64,000 nt of DNA from Amphiscolops sp. MND2022 (taxonomy: Eukaryota): contig OZ076411.1 of NCBI GenBank assembly GCA_964187785.1, positions 9,982,001 through 10,046,000 of the forward strand, written 5' to 3'. The notes below the pieces were generated by a model. The model had not been told where the DNA came from, made no database searches, and saw only the letters and a program-made list of their open reading frames with translations. A program made the translations under genes and the position numbers. This document shows positions 44,897 through 59,395 of the stretch, in pieces. Each line of letters opens with the position of its first letter. Position 1 is the stretch's first letter.

Positions 44897-45560
44897 CAAA
44901 TTGTTAACGTGGTTGTCTAAATTTGGAGATAGTGAAGTGCATATTCAATTAACACTCTTTTCCTATTTTTTTTTTCATTTCAGAATCAAAAGAACTTTCT
45001 CGCCCCCGCCGGAGCTGGTGTGGATTTCTCCTACAGTCGAACTTAATTTGGATTTGTGGAAACGAATTGTGCACTTTTATTGAAAGCAGAGACCATAAAC
45101 TGAAGCAGATTGATCGCATTTATTTCACTACCTTGTAAAATTGAACTTTGTTTATGCTTGCAATTGATTTCAAACAACAATCACCTTGCTCAAAACCTAG
45201 CAGACAGTCGTGTTTTCATAAGAAGTTGTCAACAATTCCTGTAACGATTCTATTTTATTCATTTTAAATTTGAGTTCCTACTCTAATTAAGTTCACTACT
45301 TGCCCGTTTGGTGTATTTCAACAGCGACCTTGAATCGACACTGGTTCCAATTTTACTTTTCGACAAGTTGTCCCCATTTTGGAGAAATGTTACCTTTGGT
45401 TCTATATTTTACATATGTTGTATTTGTAGCTGCAATTATGCTCCCACTAAAAACATATGCAGCTTAAAAAAGCTTAAAAGCTTAGCCCAGTTCTCGTACT
45501 AAATGCTTCAAAAACACCAGCCAGAGACTGTCAAAATTTAAAAAAACTACTCCTGTAAAA

Positions 45561-46775
45561 ATGACTGATCCTTTTCTGCACACGTCAGATTACCCGCAAA
45601 ATGTTACCCTCATTGATGCAGGATTAAACCACACACACATAATGGACCCGGATTTGGAACGTTTGAGCAAATTTGAGCACGTGTTTTCCACGATTTTTGG
45701 CGGGGTCGGCATTTCGGTCACATGCTTTATCCTGTATGTGTTCAAGAAACAGCGTCGAATTGCGCCCACAGAAAGACTAGTCGTGGGTTTACTAACTGCC
45801 CAGTTATTATATAACGTCTGTTACGTAGGGGTCATGACCTTTATCACTGTATCTTACGCGGCGTCTTTCCTTCCCGACAATGGTGTTTGTATCAAAATAT
45901 TCAACTCAGTGAACTACTTTCTCTTCGCATTCTGTGTTATATCTTCTTACGTTCTGCTGTTTGCCGTAACAGTATGTCGATATTACGCCGTGTGTCATTT
46001 CGAGAAGTTTCGTTACTGGTTCAGCAGAAGGCGATGCAACAGGTACATGATGATTGGATACGGGGTCGGGTTTTTCCAGGGTAGTCTAAACGCCTCCTAT
46101 GAGTGGGTGCCACGATGGGCGCAACTGACCGAAGATATAGTTTTTGCGGTAGTTTTGACCCTTTTCCTCATATTCGATTCGACTGTAATGGCAATGGCGT
46201 ATCGCAAAATCATGGACAGAATCGAATGTGTGCATCAAAAACTATCAACCACGACAACCGTCACCCAAATTTTAGACACGAGAACGCAGCAACAAACCGA
46301 GGAACCCACAATCGAACCCCCTCAAAAATCCAGAAGCAAAAGCTTGTCAGCCGCCACGGGAACAATCAAATTCAAACTCCAAGCTTCTCCCAGGGTGGAA
46401 TTTTCCGAGACCCGCAATGCTTCAATGATTGCGTCATCCTCGACAGAAGAAAACAACCAATCAAATCGTCGGACGATGTTCGCCCCTACCAACAATCACT
46501 ACTCTAAACAAGTCTCGGTTTCGCTTCTATGGATCAAAGTTCTATTCATCATTTGCGTTACCCCGTGGACACTGAATTTCATCGCGAGATTCTTTCTGGG
46601 AATCGGCAATATTTACGTGAACGTTTTCTGCAATCTACTTCTGCAACTCAACTATGTCCTGAATCCTATCGTGTATCTGTGCAGAAATGCCACCCTGAAA
46701 ACCAAGGCTGCCGTAGTGTGTGGATGGTCAGCGCCCAAACCCAAGCCAGGTCGCGGCTGCATCAGTGAGAAATGA
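45561..46775 (+). CDS. Rhodopsin-family (class A) G-protein-coupled receptor, 404 aa, intronless CDS
   Basis: Seven hydrophobic segments, Cys at the top of TM3, DRY-like VCRY, TM6 CVTPW, TM7 NPIVY and a long Ser/Thr-rich ICL3. Confidence 0.9.
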   Translation: MTDPFLHTSDYPQNVTLIDAGLNHTHIMDPDLERLSKFEHVFSTIFGGVGISVTCFILYVFKKQRRIAPTERLVVGLLTAQLLYNVCYVGVMTFITVSYAASFLPDNGVCIKIFNSVNYFLFAFCVISSYVLLFAVTVCRYYAVCHFEKFRYWFSRRRCNRYMMIGYGVGFFQGSLNASYEWVPRWAQLTEDIVFAVVLTLFLIFDSTVMAMAYRKIMDRIECVHQKLSTTTTVTQILDTRTQQQTEEPTIEPPQKSRSKSLSAATGTIKFKLQASPRVEFSETRNASMIASSSTEENNQSNRRTMFAPTNNHYSKQVSVSLLWIKVLFIICVTPWTLNFIARFFLGIGNIYVNVFCNLLLQLNYVLNPIVYLCRNATLKTKAAVVCGWSAPKPKPGRGCISEK

Positions 46776-49700
46776 TGCAACATTCTGCCAGAATCTTACA
46801 AAGTTTCTATCAACTGAAAAACACTGAAAATTTTGATGATGTTCCTTTTGAGACTTTGAACTTGATGTTTTTTCTAGAACGAGGCAGTTGGAACGGTGCT
46901 CAAAAACAAAATCATTTCTGAAGAAAAAATGAAGAATCGGTTTGATCAGAATTTTTGGTTAAAATTCCTTGCAAGAATTTTTTCGATTAGAAAATTCAAG
47001 TTTTTTGAGCTCCGGTCTTTGAATAGAGCTGTCTCGAAAAAGTTCCAATATTAGTTTTTTGCAGTTGAAGTTGCTGGTCAATTTCAAAAGCTGTATGCAA
47101 TAATTTATATTTCGTACTTTATACGCCCAATAAGTTGAAATCGATATTTTTTCATTTATAGTAGGGATGTTTTTGCACATTGTAAGCTGTTTGACGAGTC
47201 CTCAAAGAATTCGATAAGTTCTCATTAGCGGTCTAAAAATACCCACAAATAAATGTTTTTATGTTTATGTAAAGGTCGAATGAAATGGAAAAGTGATGCG
47301 CTTTAAAATGTATTGCCAAAAATAGCATTTTAGCATTTCTAAATTCCATTTGCAAAAGGTGCCAAATTGTCTAAACGGGTATGTTTCCAGAATCAAATTA
47401 CCCTCTTTGGGAAGTTTACTGTTTAATGGGATGCGAAAAGCAACCGAGGGCTCGTGTGATATTACCATGTGACCTTCACTTGATTTTAATCACTGGGGAT
47501 ATCGAATATTCGTTCTTTTTTTCTATTCAAATCCCTTGACCCTCCTACTGAATATGGTGCACATAATTTTTGTTGAATTCCTAAAAAAGTTATAAATTAG
47601 CTGCATTATGCACTGACTTTATTAGTTATTTCCCTTAGTGTCTGAAAAGTTGTAAAAGTTTATTCCGGTGACGTATTATGATTGGATGATTTGTTCACAC
47701 TTCGCAAGTTGTTGCAATGGCGGGAAATTGTTGCGAAATTGAAAAAGGCGGGGCACTCGAGCAAAAGGAGGATTAAAAGACAAGATCAGTGAATTGTGAA
47801 ATTGTTCGACTTTTCAACCCACAAAATTCCACCCCCCCCCCCTCTCTCCGGTGTTAATTTTCCCCGTTCATTTTTGCTCCAAGGAAAAAACAAATGTTAT
47901 CAGAGAGTGTTAATGAATAAATATTTCCATTTTTTGTGCCCGGTCGGAGGTTTGTGAAAAAATGATATCAATACAAAGTATTAGAATAGATGTGTAGTTT
48001 AGACCTAATTTTTTAGCTAGTCATTTTCAATGACTTGCTTTGCTTACGCCATGAAACATTGTATTATTTTATTTTCAAAATTCTCAGCCGAAGATTCTGT
48101 AGACATGGGCATTTTTATCACTGTATGCAAAATCAGTGCAATGTTGATGTTAATCACAACTTTCATCATAATTGATGTTTGCATTCAGAGGAATTTTTTG
48201 AAGCTTATTGAAGTTTAGAAGTTTCGCAAATGTTTTGAAGAAGAATTTATTTATCAGTTTTTGCCTTGACATCATTGTGTATAAGCTGTAACAAAAATAA
48301 GAAAATAAACGTATCATTCTTCAAGATTGTTGCGGAAATTTTCTAAAATTTTTCTGCAAAAGTTTACTAAATTTTGCAGTTTCTTCCTTGATTTACAGTT
48401 CATCCATCAGCTGGTCGAAATTGACAAGATTTGGTTTTATGTAGAAAAGTTGGGTCGACTAGCGCTCGATGATCAACCTTTAAGTGATTGCACACTGATA
48501 GATATGATGTTCAATCCAGAGGAATACGAATGATAAATAAGGAAGATTGTTTAAAAATAGTTAGAAGTTATGGTAGTAGAAGTGCAAAAACGAATAAGAC
48601 GCGCTCGCTGACAAGCGCTGATATTTTCCACCCAAAAAAATCTACAACGACATGACAATTGATAATGAGACTCAAAAGTAACATATGCACTAAGACAACG
48701 CATAGAAGTTCAAAGGAACAAAAATTTTGACAGTTTTGATTCATCTTATCCAATTTCTAAACGAAACACCTGATTTAAGAATACCCTAAGTACTTAATTG
48801 TTTTGTTGTTGAACTAAGTTAATACCAGTAACTAACCTACCGAATTTTATTCTTATCTAAATTTTACTTACCTAAGTTTATTGTCAGAAAAAATTACTGA
48901 AAATGGGAAATTTGATGTTTTTGACTTCTCTGAGTCATTTTGACACGTTTTTCAAACAAGACACTCCACGTCTTTTTCAAAATGCCAACCGGATACCAGA
49001 TTCAGTCGTTGTTGAACATTTATATTATTCTACCATACAAAAAAGATCAAAAAGTTTCACTCGAAAAATTGCAAGTGAACGTCAAACACTTTTGAAGTTT
49101 TAGGGGTACTTTTGCGTCTTTTTACCTGTAAAAATGCAAATTTGTCCGTTGAAAGGCGTACTGCTTAGATAGTTAGTTCATATGGAGCTGAATGAACAAT
49201 AGATATTAAACAGAAAGGTCGAAAAGAAAAAATTTTACGATTTCGAGGTAAACCTATCAAATTTTGTAATACTTTTTTAGAAGCAATTTTTTAGTGCAAT
49301 TTTTTAGAAGCCCGTATTGGTAGCTACGTGTTTCAACCCTGATTCTATGTAACTTCTAATTTTGAAAACACATTCGGAACCTGTCCAAAAATGGGAGTAT
49401 GTCGTCGATTAAAAAGAAACTTCGATGATTCTGACTACCTCACTCTCATTCTAAATTTGAATAGAAAAATCACTGCTATTATTGAAATTTGGAAAGATGA
49501 TGTTGTTTCCACGTAAGTTAGGGTCAATTTGAGGCCATTGTGGGTTTTAACAAAACCTTTTTTTGCAAAGAGCCCACTTGATATCGCGTTTGTTTGTTGC
49601 GGAATTTTTAAAAATATTTTAACACACGGAACCTCTCGACAACATCGCAAGTTTTGCAAAATGGAAACTTCAAAAATTGGCTAACTTTTTTGGTGAATCT

Positions 49701-51125
49701 GTGGTAGTTTTTCATGGAAAATGCTAAAAAACTCGTTTGAAGCCTTTGTAGCGCTTCAATTTACAGAAATACAACCAAAACTGCACTAAACCCTATGAAA
49801 GTGTCAAACCTAAAAAAACTACTTGGAAACATTTTTTTTTCAATTTTGAACGTTTCCAACATAATAACTTGAAAATATTCAAAAACGTTCAAAAACATGA
49901 CACAAAAAACAACAAAAAGAACGAAATTCATCATTTTTTTGTCTCATATGGGGTCATTGTGAAGCGTTTTCGGAGCAACACATTGCAACTTTCTTTTCAG
50001 AAAAGCGTACTGAATAGCTTTTTTGTCCTTGAACGTTTTAAATGCTCTATTCATTCAAACGTTTCAGAAATTGTACACAAATTGAGTGAAAAACAACAAA
50101 AACTGAAAACATAGCATTTATCGTTGTTTTTTTGTCTATCTGAGGCTTTTTTGGATCAAGCAAATACATTTGACTATTCAAAGAATCTTCTGGACAAGGA
50201 TTTTTTTCTTGTTGAACGCTTGCACATTTTATACCGCGAAGTCTATCAAAAGTTGGACAAAATTAGCATAAAAATTTAGAAATTCAGAAATTTTTGGTTT
50301 TTTTGTAAGTTTCAGTCTGGTTTTGCGGCTTTTTTCTATCAAACAACGGCTTCATTTCTTCGGAAATACCTCCCGGCAACAAATGGGTCCTTGTTGAACG
50401 TTTCTTTTTCTAACCCCAAGTCTACAACAATTTGACAAAAATAGCATGAAAATGTGAAATTTTCGAAAACTTTCGACATTTTGTCGAATTCAGTCTCAAA
50501 TTGAGTCACTTTGCTCTTGAAAGCTGCTTGTACTTTTCTAAATAGGCCTCCTTGATAAGACGTTTTGTTTTCTTTTCAATCGTTTTCATCAATTTAAACC
50601 CCGAAGTCATCAAAAAGTTGGCAAAAAAGTGCATAAAAACGTTAAAAAAATAGTTTTTTCTTTTTTAAGCTTATTTTGGTCACAGTTGGAAGCTTTTTCC
50701 CTTTAAAGAGTGCATTTGTTTCTTCAGAAAAGCCACTTGTGCAACATGTTGTTTCCTTTTTGAGCGAATTTAACATTCTAAACCACGAAGTCTGTCAAAA
50801 TGTTGACATGACTCGCATAAAAACTCCTAAAAGTGGAGAAGTTTACTATTTTGTCATTTTTGGGTCATTGTGGGATCTTTGGGGTCTTCAAAATAGTTTA
50901 AATATTACTACCGTTACATATCGCATGAAACTAAATTTACATCAATTGAATTCTATGGATGAAACCCCTCAACTTGGATATTAATAAAAAGAGAGAAGGA
51001 ACGACATAGAGAAAGAGAAAGAGAGAGAGAAAAAACGAGAGAACGAGAGAACAATTAAGATCTGATTGATCTTTATATTGGCTCGTAAAATTGTCCGCAA
51101 GTTCGTGATCGTCCTTGCAACATAC

Positions 51126-51590
51126 AACAAGACGGCAACAAGATAACATACGTCTTGGGAACGTCTAAAGTCGGCGCTATATCTGAGGCTCAAAAAACTC
51201 CTGTTTTCGAAACCTCATCCTCCTCCTTGCAAAAACGCAATATACTTCGCAAATAACCTCAAAAGTTCGGATATAGCGCTTAACTCCGAATATTACGAGG
51301 GGAAACTTCAAAAAAATTGAAGGGAGGAACCTTTGACGACAAAAACAATTTCGTAAAAAAGCCTCACAGCGCCAAAACAAATTGAAAGAAGGGAACCCTT
51401 TAGTCCGATCCGGTTTTGTATGTTACGTTTAAAAAATAAAAATTGAAAGGGGGGGCCCTTTGCGATAGCTTGGATGCGTTTCCCAGGTATTCGTTTAATT
51501 GAAGAAACTGAACAAAAATTTCGTCGCTTCGAGTCTGTCTTGAAGAAAAAAACGAAAATAATGAAGAGAAAAAAAAGCGGCGACTAAAAA
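51126..51590 (+). mobile_element. DINE/HINE-like short repeat (copy F, diverged)
   Basis: AACAAG..GGGAACGTCTAAAGTCGGCGCTATATCTGAGGCTCAAAA start and AAGCGGCGACTAAAAA end. Confidence 0.55.
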
Positions 51591-51824
51591 CAGTAACAAA
51601 TTGTATGTTAGAGTTCAAACTCAGCTCTGCAGAAATTGTGAGCAAAATGACTCTTTATATAAGTTTATCTCTCTTGGACTCTAGTATCATTTTTTCAGAC
51701 ATTCGTGGCTTCTAAACTATTAGTAAGGTCTAGGATGCACTCAGTAGTTCTAAATAAAGGCAAAAATTTGCGTGTACAGACAAAAGCGCCCCAGTGAAAA
51801 GCGCCCATTTCACACTTTCATAAG

Positions 51825-54800
51825 TGTTATACGGTGTCAAATACCGAACCGGAATATTCGGACAACGTGCCCATCAAAACTCAAATAGTTCTAGACTAGC
51901 TGTAATCAAATGAGATTAACTGGCCATACACCTGTAGAAAAAAAATAATTCTTATCAAACAATTGTTCTATCCGATATCATTCAGAAGTATTGTGTTACA
52001 TGTCGCAGTCAGCAATCTTAGAAACCCATTGATCTTATCGAAACAAAGAAAATGACAAGAAACAAATCAAGTCAAAGTACCCAACCTCAAGGCCACATCT
52101 GGCGGGAAGAGAATATTCACACCGAAACAGTGGCTCGAGATATTTAGACAATACACAAAAAGAAAGTACAAAATAGATATTGCCGAACTAATGAGGGGAA
52201 TAAAAGTTGAAATGACACAAAACTGTTGGACCGACAAAGAAACTGAAATACAAAACGATTTCATTCGGGGCATCGGACCCGAGGCGTTGTACCAAACGAC
52301 CCGGCAGAGAATAAAAAGAGAACCGCAACAAATAGCAATAAAAGATTTGATCAGATGACTCAACGAATATTTCCTACCAAAAAGAAACACCAAGCACAAT
52401 GGTGGATAATTCTTCTGGAAAAAACAAATGAAACCGAGACACGAGAAGATTTCTGGCAGAGACTGATAGAAATAGAAAAAGAATGCGCGTTTGAAGGAAA
52501 AACAGCCGATACTTAATTGTCTCAAAGTTCATGACCGTAATTACGGACACGGTAATCCGAGACAAATGAATGAATAAAGAACGAAAGCAAGCTAGAACGA
52601 AAGGAAGCAAGAAAACAATTGAAAACAATCACAAATAAAAAAAAGAAGTCGAAGAAGAACCAATGCAAAAGATGGAAAGATACGGTACAAGGCCGACAAA
52701 CAAAACAACAAGTGACAAACTGTGCAAATAATGCCTTGCACCAAATCCATCACACAAATCGCCAGCTTTAAATAAACTATGCAATCATTGAGAGAAAAAG
52801 GGACACTTTGAGACAACATGCAGACAAAAACATATTTACAAACGGAAAATACGAAAAGTAACCGAAGAAGAGACAACAGCAATTGGAGAAGAATCTGACC
52901 AATCCGAATCAGGCATATACCGAATTGAGACTGTGAACAGAATTAACGACAAAAACAGATACTTGACGACAATAGTGGAAATTATTTTCACCAAAAAGGA
53001 ATTCATATTAGATACCGGATACCCGATATAGATAATTCCGGCAGACCACAACATCTTGAAAAAAACAGAAGGAAAAAACACCGATATCAAGACGTCAACA
53101 GAAACGAAGTATAATTTCGTGGACAAATAACGACAGACATTGAATACGAAAACTAATAATAGAAGATCCAAAAAAATTGATCACCAAAAGAGATGGTAAA
53201 ACACCGCTTCTCGGAATGGACTGCATGGAGAAATTCAATTTGTCAAAAGTTCACGTATCTGTTTAAGAATAAAATCACAAAAAATCGAAATAAACATACA
53301 ACTTGAACTGGGACATTATCTTGTAATACAAAAAACGATACCAATACCATTACGTCTCGGTAAAAAATTACACCTCCAACTCGGAAAAACTAATGAAAAT
53401 AAGACACCTGGAGAAAGTGGAACACATAGACAAAGACTGTTTTGTATCTCCCGTGGTAATTATGGTTGAGAACGACAAGTCAGTACAAGATCACATTAGG
53501 TTCAAGAAAGTTAAACGACAGTTGCTCAAAAATCAGACAAAATTTCGGTACCAAATACCAGAGACCGAACAAAGAAATTGATGATATCGAAAATCGGCTT
53601 GGACTACGCCTATGGTCAAATGAAACTATCAACAGAAACAAGACGACAATGTGTATTTGCAATAACCGGGGGAAAGTTTAGCGGATATTACAGATTCAAG
53701 AAAGGCTTTTACTGATTAGCCGATATCCCGACAACTTTTCGAGAAAAATTAGACGGAACATTGGAAAAGTCAATACCAGTCTCACTAGACGATGTAATTG
53801 TGGTAACCCGAGGAGACCGGGAAGAATACGATTGATTGATGTGCAAGAAATTGTTTGATGTGTTGTAGAAAAAAGACGATGCGGGATACCGGGCAAGCTA
53901 AAAAACCAGAGTTCTTTCTGAATAAAGCAAAAAGGCTTCGAGACGAAATTGATGAAAACGGTATCAAACCGAGTACAGAAAAAGTGACAGCAATTATAAA
54001 CTTGAAACACCGGGAGAACCAAAAACAACTAAAATCATTTCCTGGAGCAAATGAAAAAACTCTGTGCAATTTTTATGGAGAACCGAAAGATTGCAATCAC
54101 TACCAAAGCAATGTTCTAAATGGATTTGGGGAACACAACAAGACGAATTTTTTAATATCATAGGAAAACTACTGACCGAAGAACCCTGCTAGGCTGATGA
54201 TGCGAATAACTGAGAAAGCTTCGTGACAACCGACGCAAGTAAAACCGGTCTCGGAATAACACTATGGCAAAACCAATCGGATGGAGAAACTGAACCGACA
54301 GCATACGGTAGCAGATATTTGAATGAAAGTGAAAAGAACTATTCGATCGGGGAATTGGACTTTTTATTGTGAGGCTTAGAAAATTTCCGAGGTTTTTCTT
54401 CACACAGACCACCAAGCACTTGAACCGTTGATCAAAAAATATCGGTGCAATAGACAATACAGCCCAAGACTGACGAGATGGATGGATCGTATAGCGCACT
54501 TTGATATTGCCATTCAACACATCGCAGGAAGTAATCTAAATTTTACCAACTTTCTAGGTCGAAATCCGGTACAGGAAACAGCGGTCGAACTCGTACCCGA
54601 TGAACAATCCGTAATTAATGTACCCTCCGAATAAGTGGAATTAAACATCAAACACAGTTCAATATTTGTTAGGCAATCACTCAAGGCGACCCAAACAAAC
54701 GAAACAACCAAAATAAATTTTAGTAACCAAATAAATCGCAGTAGAACATTCGAGAACAATCGAGACGTGAACAAAAAGTGCGAACCAGCAAAATGCACAC

Positions 54801-57000
54801 CGAACACAAGACGGGAAAAGTTTAAAACGGAAAGCCTAAAGTGAAAAGTAGAACAAGCTTAGAAAAACTCATCAAACTTACCGCCTTTAAGGAAAGACAT
54901 GGATCGTGATTACTTCCAATGGGGGGCATGGGCGAGGATATGGAAAAAATACGAATAAGAACCAGGCGAGAACGTCTAAAGTCGGCGCCATATCTAAGGC
55001 TCAAAAGCTCAAAGAGGGACCCTTTGGGATTGATTACCATACATTCAGTTGCAAAATATGAGAAAACTCGAAGGGGGACCTTTTTGAGACATTAAAAATT
55101 TTTCGAAAAAAGTCTCACAGAGCAGAAATACTCTAAGGAGGGCGTACCCTTTGGTCCCTTTGAGTTTCTTCGATGATGTAAAAAAATTACTTCGCAAGCT
55201 TTTGCGCCAGTATTTTAAAATTGCTAAGTAAGAATTGTAAGATTTTAAGATTGTAAGAATTGTAAGAAAAGTGGACCGATCAGTGTGATTGTTGTAGTCT
55301 GAAGAAAAAAACAGTCACTGCTATAGTCGGGCATTTTTCCCTTAATGGAAAAGCGCCGACTAAAAAGACCGAAGACTTTAAGACTAAAGGAACGAAGACT
55401 AGAAATATCGCGGCCCAGTACAATGAGGCGAATGTTCGACCTGAATGCTCAACGGCAGATCTGGGATCCTGTCAAGGCCCAACAAGAGAAGAGAAGCCGC
55501 GAAGAAATAGCAGAGATAGGCTGCGAGCTGCTAAACCGTGCCAATAGAATAGGCAAGAGATATCACAGCTCGAAGAAAAGATAAAGGACAACGAAAAAAC
55601 AACAAGAAAAGATACGAGCCCGAAAGTGAAAGGGAAAGCCAATATTCAGAGGGGAAAGAGGCACAGTTCATATATGTTGATCAAATCATCAACAGGTTGA
55701 CCGGAGGTAAAAAGGCCACCGAAGAGACAATAAAGAAAGTGGAATTCAACTTCAAGCTGGATTTAAAAACGCTAATTGCAAAGTCCGCCACTGATGCCGA
55801 ACCTAATCGGGTCAAAGATGCGAAGAGGAGAAAAAACAAGGCACAAGAACAATATCGACAGATATTTGAAAAAGTATCCAACAATCTAACATTCAACGAT
55901 CAGAAAATTTGTGTCTCAATAGAGCCGAGAAAGAAACTCATGGTACATTGCATTTCGGTCACGACGGAACGACAAAATTGTTAGCGGAAGTAAAAATATT
56001 CTGGGAGAAGCCACAGAAGCAATGACCGAATATCTCAAAAAAAATAGAAGACCGAACGAAAAACGACTTGAATGTGTAAATAGATCAGTAAACGAAAAGC
56101 GATTTACAACACACAGGGCCTGAAAACAACGCCATTCAAATTACATCGCGGTCGTAATCAGAGGACCGAACTAACAACTTTAAATAAAGACGGTAAATCT
56201 TTCCAATCTAATTGGTCGGATTCAACCGTTTCAGCTGAAAGTAAACCTTTGATACCAATCTAGGTGTCCAGAAACAGCGAATGTGAGCTAGCAAACCACA
56301 TTGCCATGGTCCGGACACAAACGGAAGAAACCAAAATGGCAGAACAATCACTGAAAAAGAAAAGTTCGCTAAGTGAGTATCCTTTTAATTTTTTGAAATA
56401 AACGGGTACTATCAAAGTATGCCAGAGGACGAATTAAATCTGTACACAGTTGGTGAATTATGTACCGGTGAGAACAAAGAAAATAATATAATTACCGAAA
56501 ACCAAAGTACTAGACTATCAAACCGTGGAAGCAAACAACTGAAGATACGGAGTGGGTGGGGTAACATAAACATTAAATTGTTGGCTTTGAATTATCAAAT
56601 GTAAATGTTACAGGAGACAAGTGGAGCAGCAGAATAGGGACACCAATGCCCTTACAGAAGCCGACGGACTTCACACGGGAGAAAACACGCACACCGGGAA
56701 GTTCCAAGATGTGAACGGGAGAAAATCCAGAAAGAGGGAAAGGAATACGGTGTCAAATACCAAACCGTATCATTCAGAAAATGTGCCAACCAAAACTCCG
56801 ATAGTTCTAGACTAGCAGTAATCAAATTACATTTATCAGAACTATATTTGTAAACAATCTTTTGTTTTTCATATTATCGTGTCATCATTTGAAAGTACGC
56901 TTAGCTAGAGTTGAGATTAACTGGCCATACACACTTTTAGAAAAAAAAGATTTTTCTTATCAAACAATTGTTTTATCCGATACTATCTAGAAATATTACA
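51825..57000 (+). mobile_element. Decayed Ty3/gypsy element of a different family (LTRs about 51825-52000 and 56743-57000)
   Basis: Diverged direct repeats and TSD ATAAG (51820-51824 and 57001-57005). PBS-like TGTCGCAGTCAGC and a purine tract before the 3' LTR. Broken remnants resembling protease (LDTG), RT (LDDV) and RNase H (TDAS). Confidence 0.75.
54961..55366 (+). mobile_element. DINE/HINE-like short repeat (copy G) nested in the decayed gypsy
   Basis: AAAGTCGGCGCCATATCTAAGGCTCAAAA start and CTATAGTC..GAAAAGCGCCGACTAAAAA end. Confidence 0.6.
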
Positions 57001-58797
57001 ATAAGAGCCCCAGTCAAAACCGCCCCAATGCAAAACGCACTAATTGATTGTTTACCCATGATCTTGAAAATGAATCTAATCTATAAAGCAATCATGATTT
57101 TTTTCTTGAATTCTTTTTCCAAAGCAAGACGCCGCTTCTCGAGAGACGCTTCACATCCAAAGGTAATTTTGAAATAAGTTTGGTGACGCAATGTGCTAAT
57201 GATCATATCATAGTAAATTTCAATGAACAATTTTAGCATAAAATCTTATTTTTCTACAGACGGTTTATAAAAATATACAATATCAAATTCACGTTTTTGT
57301 GACAAATAATTCATATTGGATTGATAGTGCCTTCGATGATTTTCAATACTTTCTCAATCCTCATCTTCATTTCGAATTTCAGGATATTTAGCGTCTCATA
57401 CCTTCACATGAATACGTTCAATCTGAATAAATAATCTATTCGGCTCCATTATTTCGGCGATAGACAGTAGCATTTTTAAAGCGAGAATGCAGAGAATTCA
57501 CACTTAATTTCAATATTGTCTGAAATACTAAATTGCCTCTAAATGGAGTCACTTCTCAACAATTGAAGGCCTAGAAAATTTACATTGATTCGAACTATTA
57601 CAAGTAACATTCAATAAAGCTCCATTTAGGTCGAAAAATGCCGTAACATTCTGTAATATTTGCCTAAAAATTGATTTTGTTTTACATGAAAGTTCCATAA
57701 ACATCAAAGCGTTTTGAATCCTTTCATCTCCTGTTTTTTTGCTATCCCGAACTTACATGTGATAACTCTTTACATTCGATCAATTCAAACAACACCGTTC
57801 AATGAAATCGAATTTTAAAACAATTCCCAAAACAAATCAACATTCTGTTACTATAAATCTCTAGGGTACAAATTCAAAGGTTTTTTCTGCTTTCCCCCGC
57901 CATTAAACTTTTTAAAATGAACTTTCAAAAGTGTTCGAAACTGGCTGGAATAACAGTGAAATCATTTTCAGAATGAGTTAACTTCTATTGAAATAGTTTT
58001 TCGTTTGAATAAATAAATGTCTCACACATTTTGACTGTGATTGTGTTCGAATTAATGTTTTTTGGGAATCAAAAAAGGAAGCTGGTACTTTTCCCACTCT
58101 TCATAGGGAAAAATAATGTGAACAAAATTCATATCAGGATCCTAAGTTGTCACCATGAGAGAAAATTTAAAATTGAGGGTTTTTGGTTGTTTTTTTTGTC
58201 CTAATACTTTTTTTTACAAAATTTCCAAAAAAATTCTGAAACTGGCGACGGGGGAAACAGAGAATAACCAGTTAAAGTATGTTTTTTCTGTCTTTTTTTC
58301 CATCCCAAATCATAGTTCATCGTGGTGGAAATATTCAATAAGCGGAACTGTTTCAACCATAGCCAGACATCGTCGTTTCTCATCGTCACACAAATCGCAA
58401 TGCCAGTGCTCGCTTTCCTCTCCACAGTGCACTTTTTTGGGCACGGGGATCTAGATTTTCCAAGTTTTCCTTTTCCCGAATTTGAAATTCAATTTTTTTC
58501 CTATTTTTTACTTCAACCCAGATCAGATTTATTTCGAGGATAAATCGAAGATGTGAAACAGCGAAAATGTGAAAGCAAAGATCTTATTGTAAAATTTTGT
58601 TGACAGTTGAGAGAATAGCTATTTATCTTCTTAATTAAGAAGATGAATCGCTGTTAACCCTTCTTCTAAAGAATTGAAGGAAGATGTGAAAGGCTTGATT
58701 GTAATCTACAGTAACAATATAGTCGTCAAAAGTATATGTATGTTTCTTCATCCAACGTAACGGCAAGCAGTTATCGGTCGCTTAAGACAATACAAAC

Positions 58798-59395
58798 ATA
58801 ATCGGGTCAGAGATGCGAAGAGGAAAAAATCAAGGCTCAAGAACAATATCGACAGATATTTGAAAAAGTATCCAACAATCTAACATTCAACGATGAGAAA
58901 ATTATTGTCTCAATACAGCCGAGAACGAAACTCATGGAGACATTGCATTTCCGTCACGACGGAACGACAAAAATGTCAGCGGGAGCCAGAATAGTCTGGC
59001 AGAAGCCCCAGAAGCAATGGCCGAACATCTCAAAAGAAACAGAAGATAGAACGAAAACGAGTTGAATATGTAAAAAGAGCAGTAATTGAAAAGCGATTTA
59101 CAACACACAGGGGACTGAAAATAACGCCATTCGAATTACATCGCAGTCGTAATCAGAGGAACGAACTAACAACTTTAAATAAAGACGGTAAATCATTCCT
59201 ATCTAATTGGTCGGAATTGACCGTTTCAGCTGAAAGTAGACCGTTGATACCATTCTACGTGTCCAGAAACAGCGAATGTGAGCAATCAAACCACATTGCC
59301 TTGGTCCTGACACAAACGGAAGAAAACAAAATGGCAAAACAATCACTGAAAACGAAAAGTTCGATTAGTGAGTCCCCTTTTAAATTTTTGAAACA
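58798..59395 (+). pseudogene. Second diverged fragment of the decayed gypsy integrase-side region
   Basis: Colinear similarity to about 55805-56400 (AATCGGGTCA.AGATGCGAAGAGG ... CCTTTTAAATTTTTGAAA). Confidence 0.7.

Noticed and set aside
47718-47860. E2F-like GGCGGGAAA and GC boxes as the promoter of another gene
   Set aside because: No associated exon or ORF could be identified.
47000-51100. Numerous 60-110 aa ORFs in AT-rich sequence
   Set aside because: Low-complexity F/K/L-rich translations with no motifs, expected by chance.
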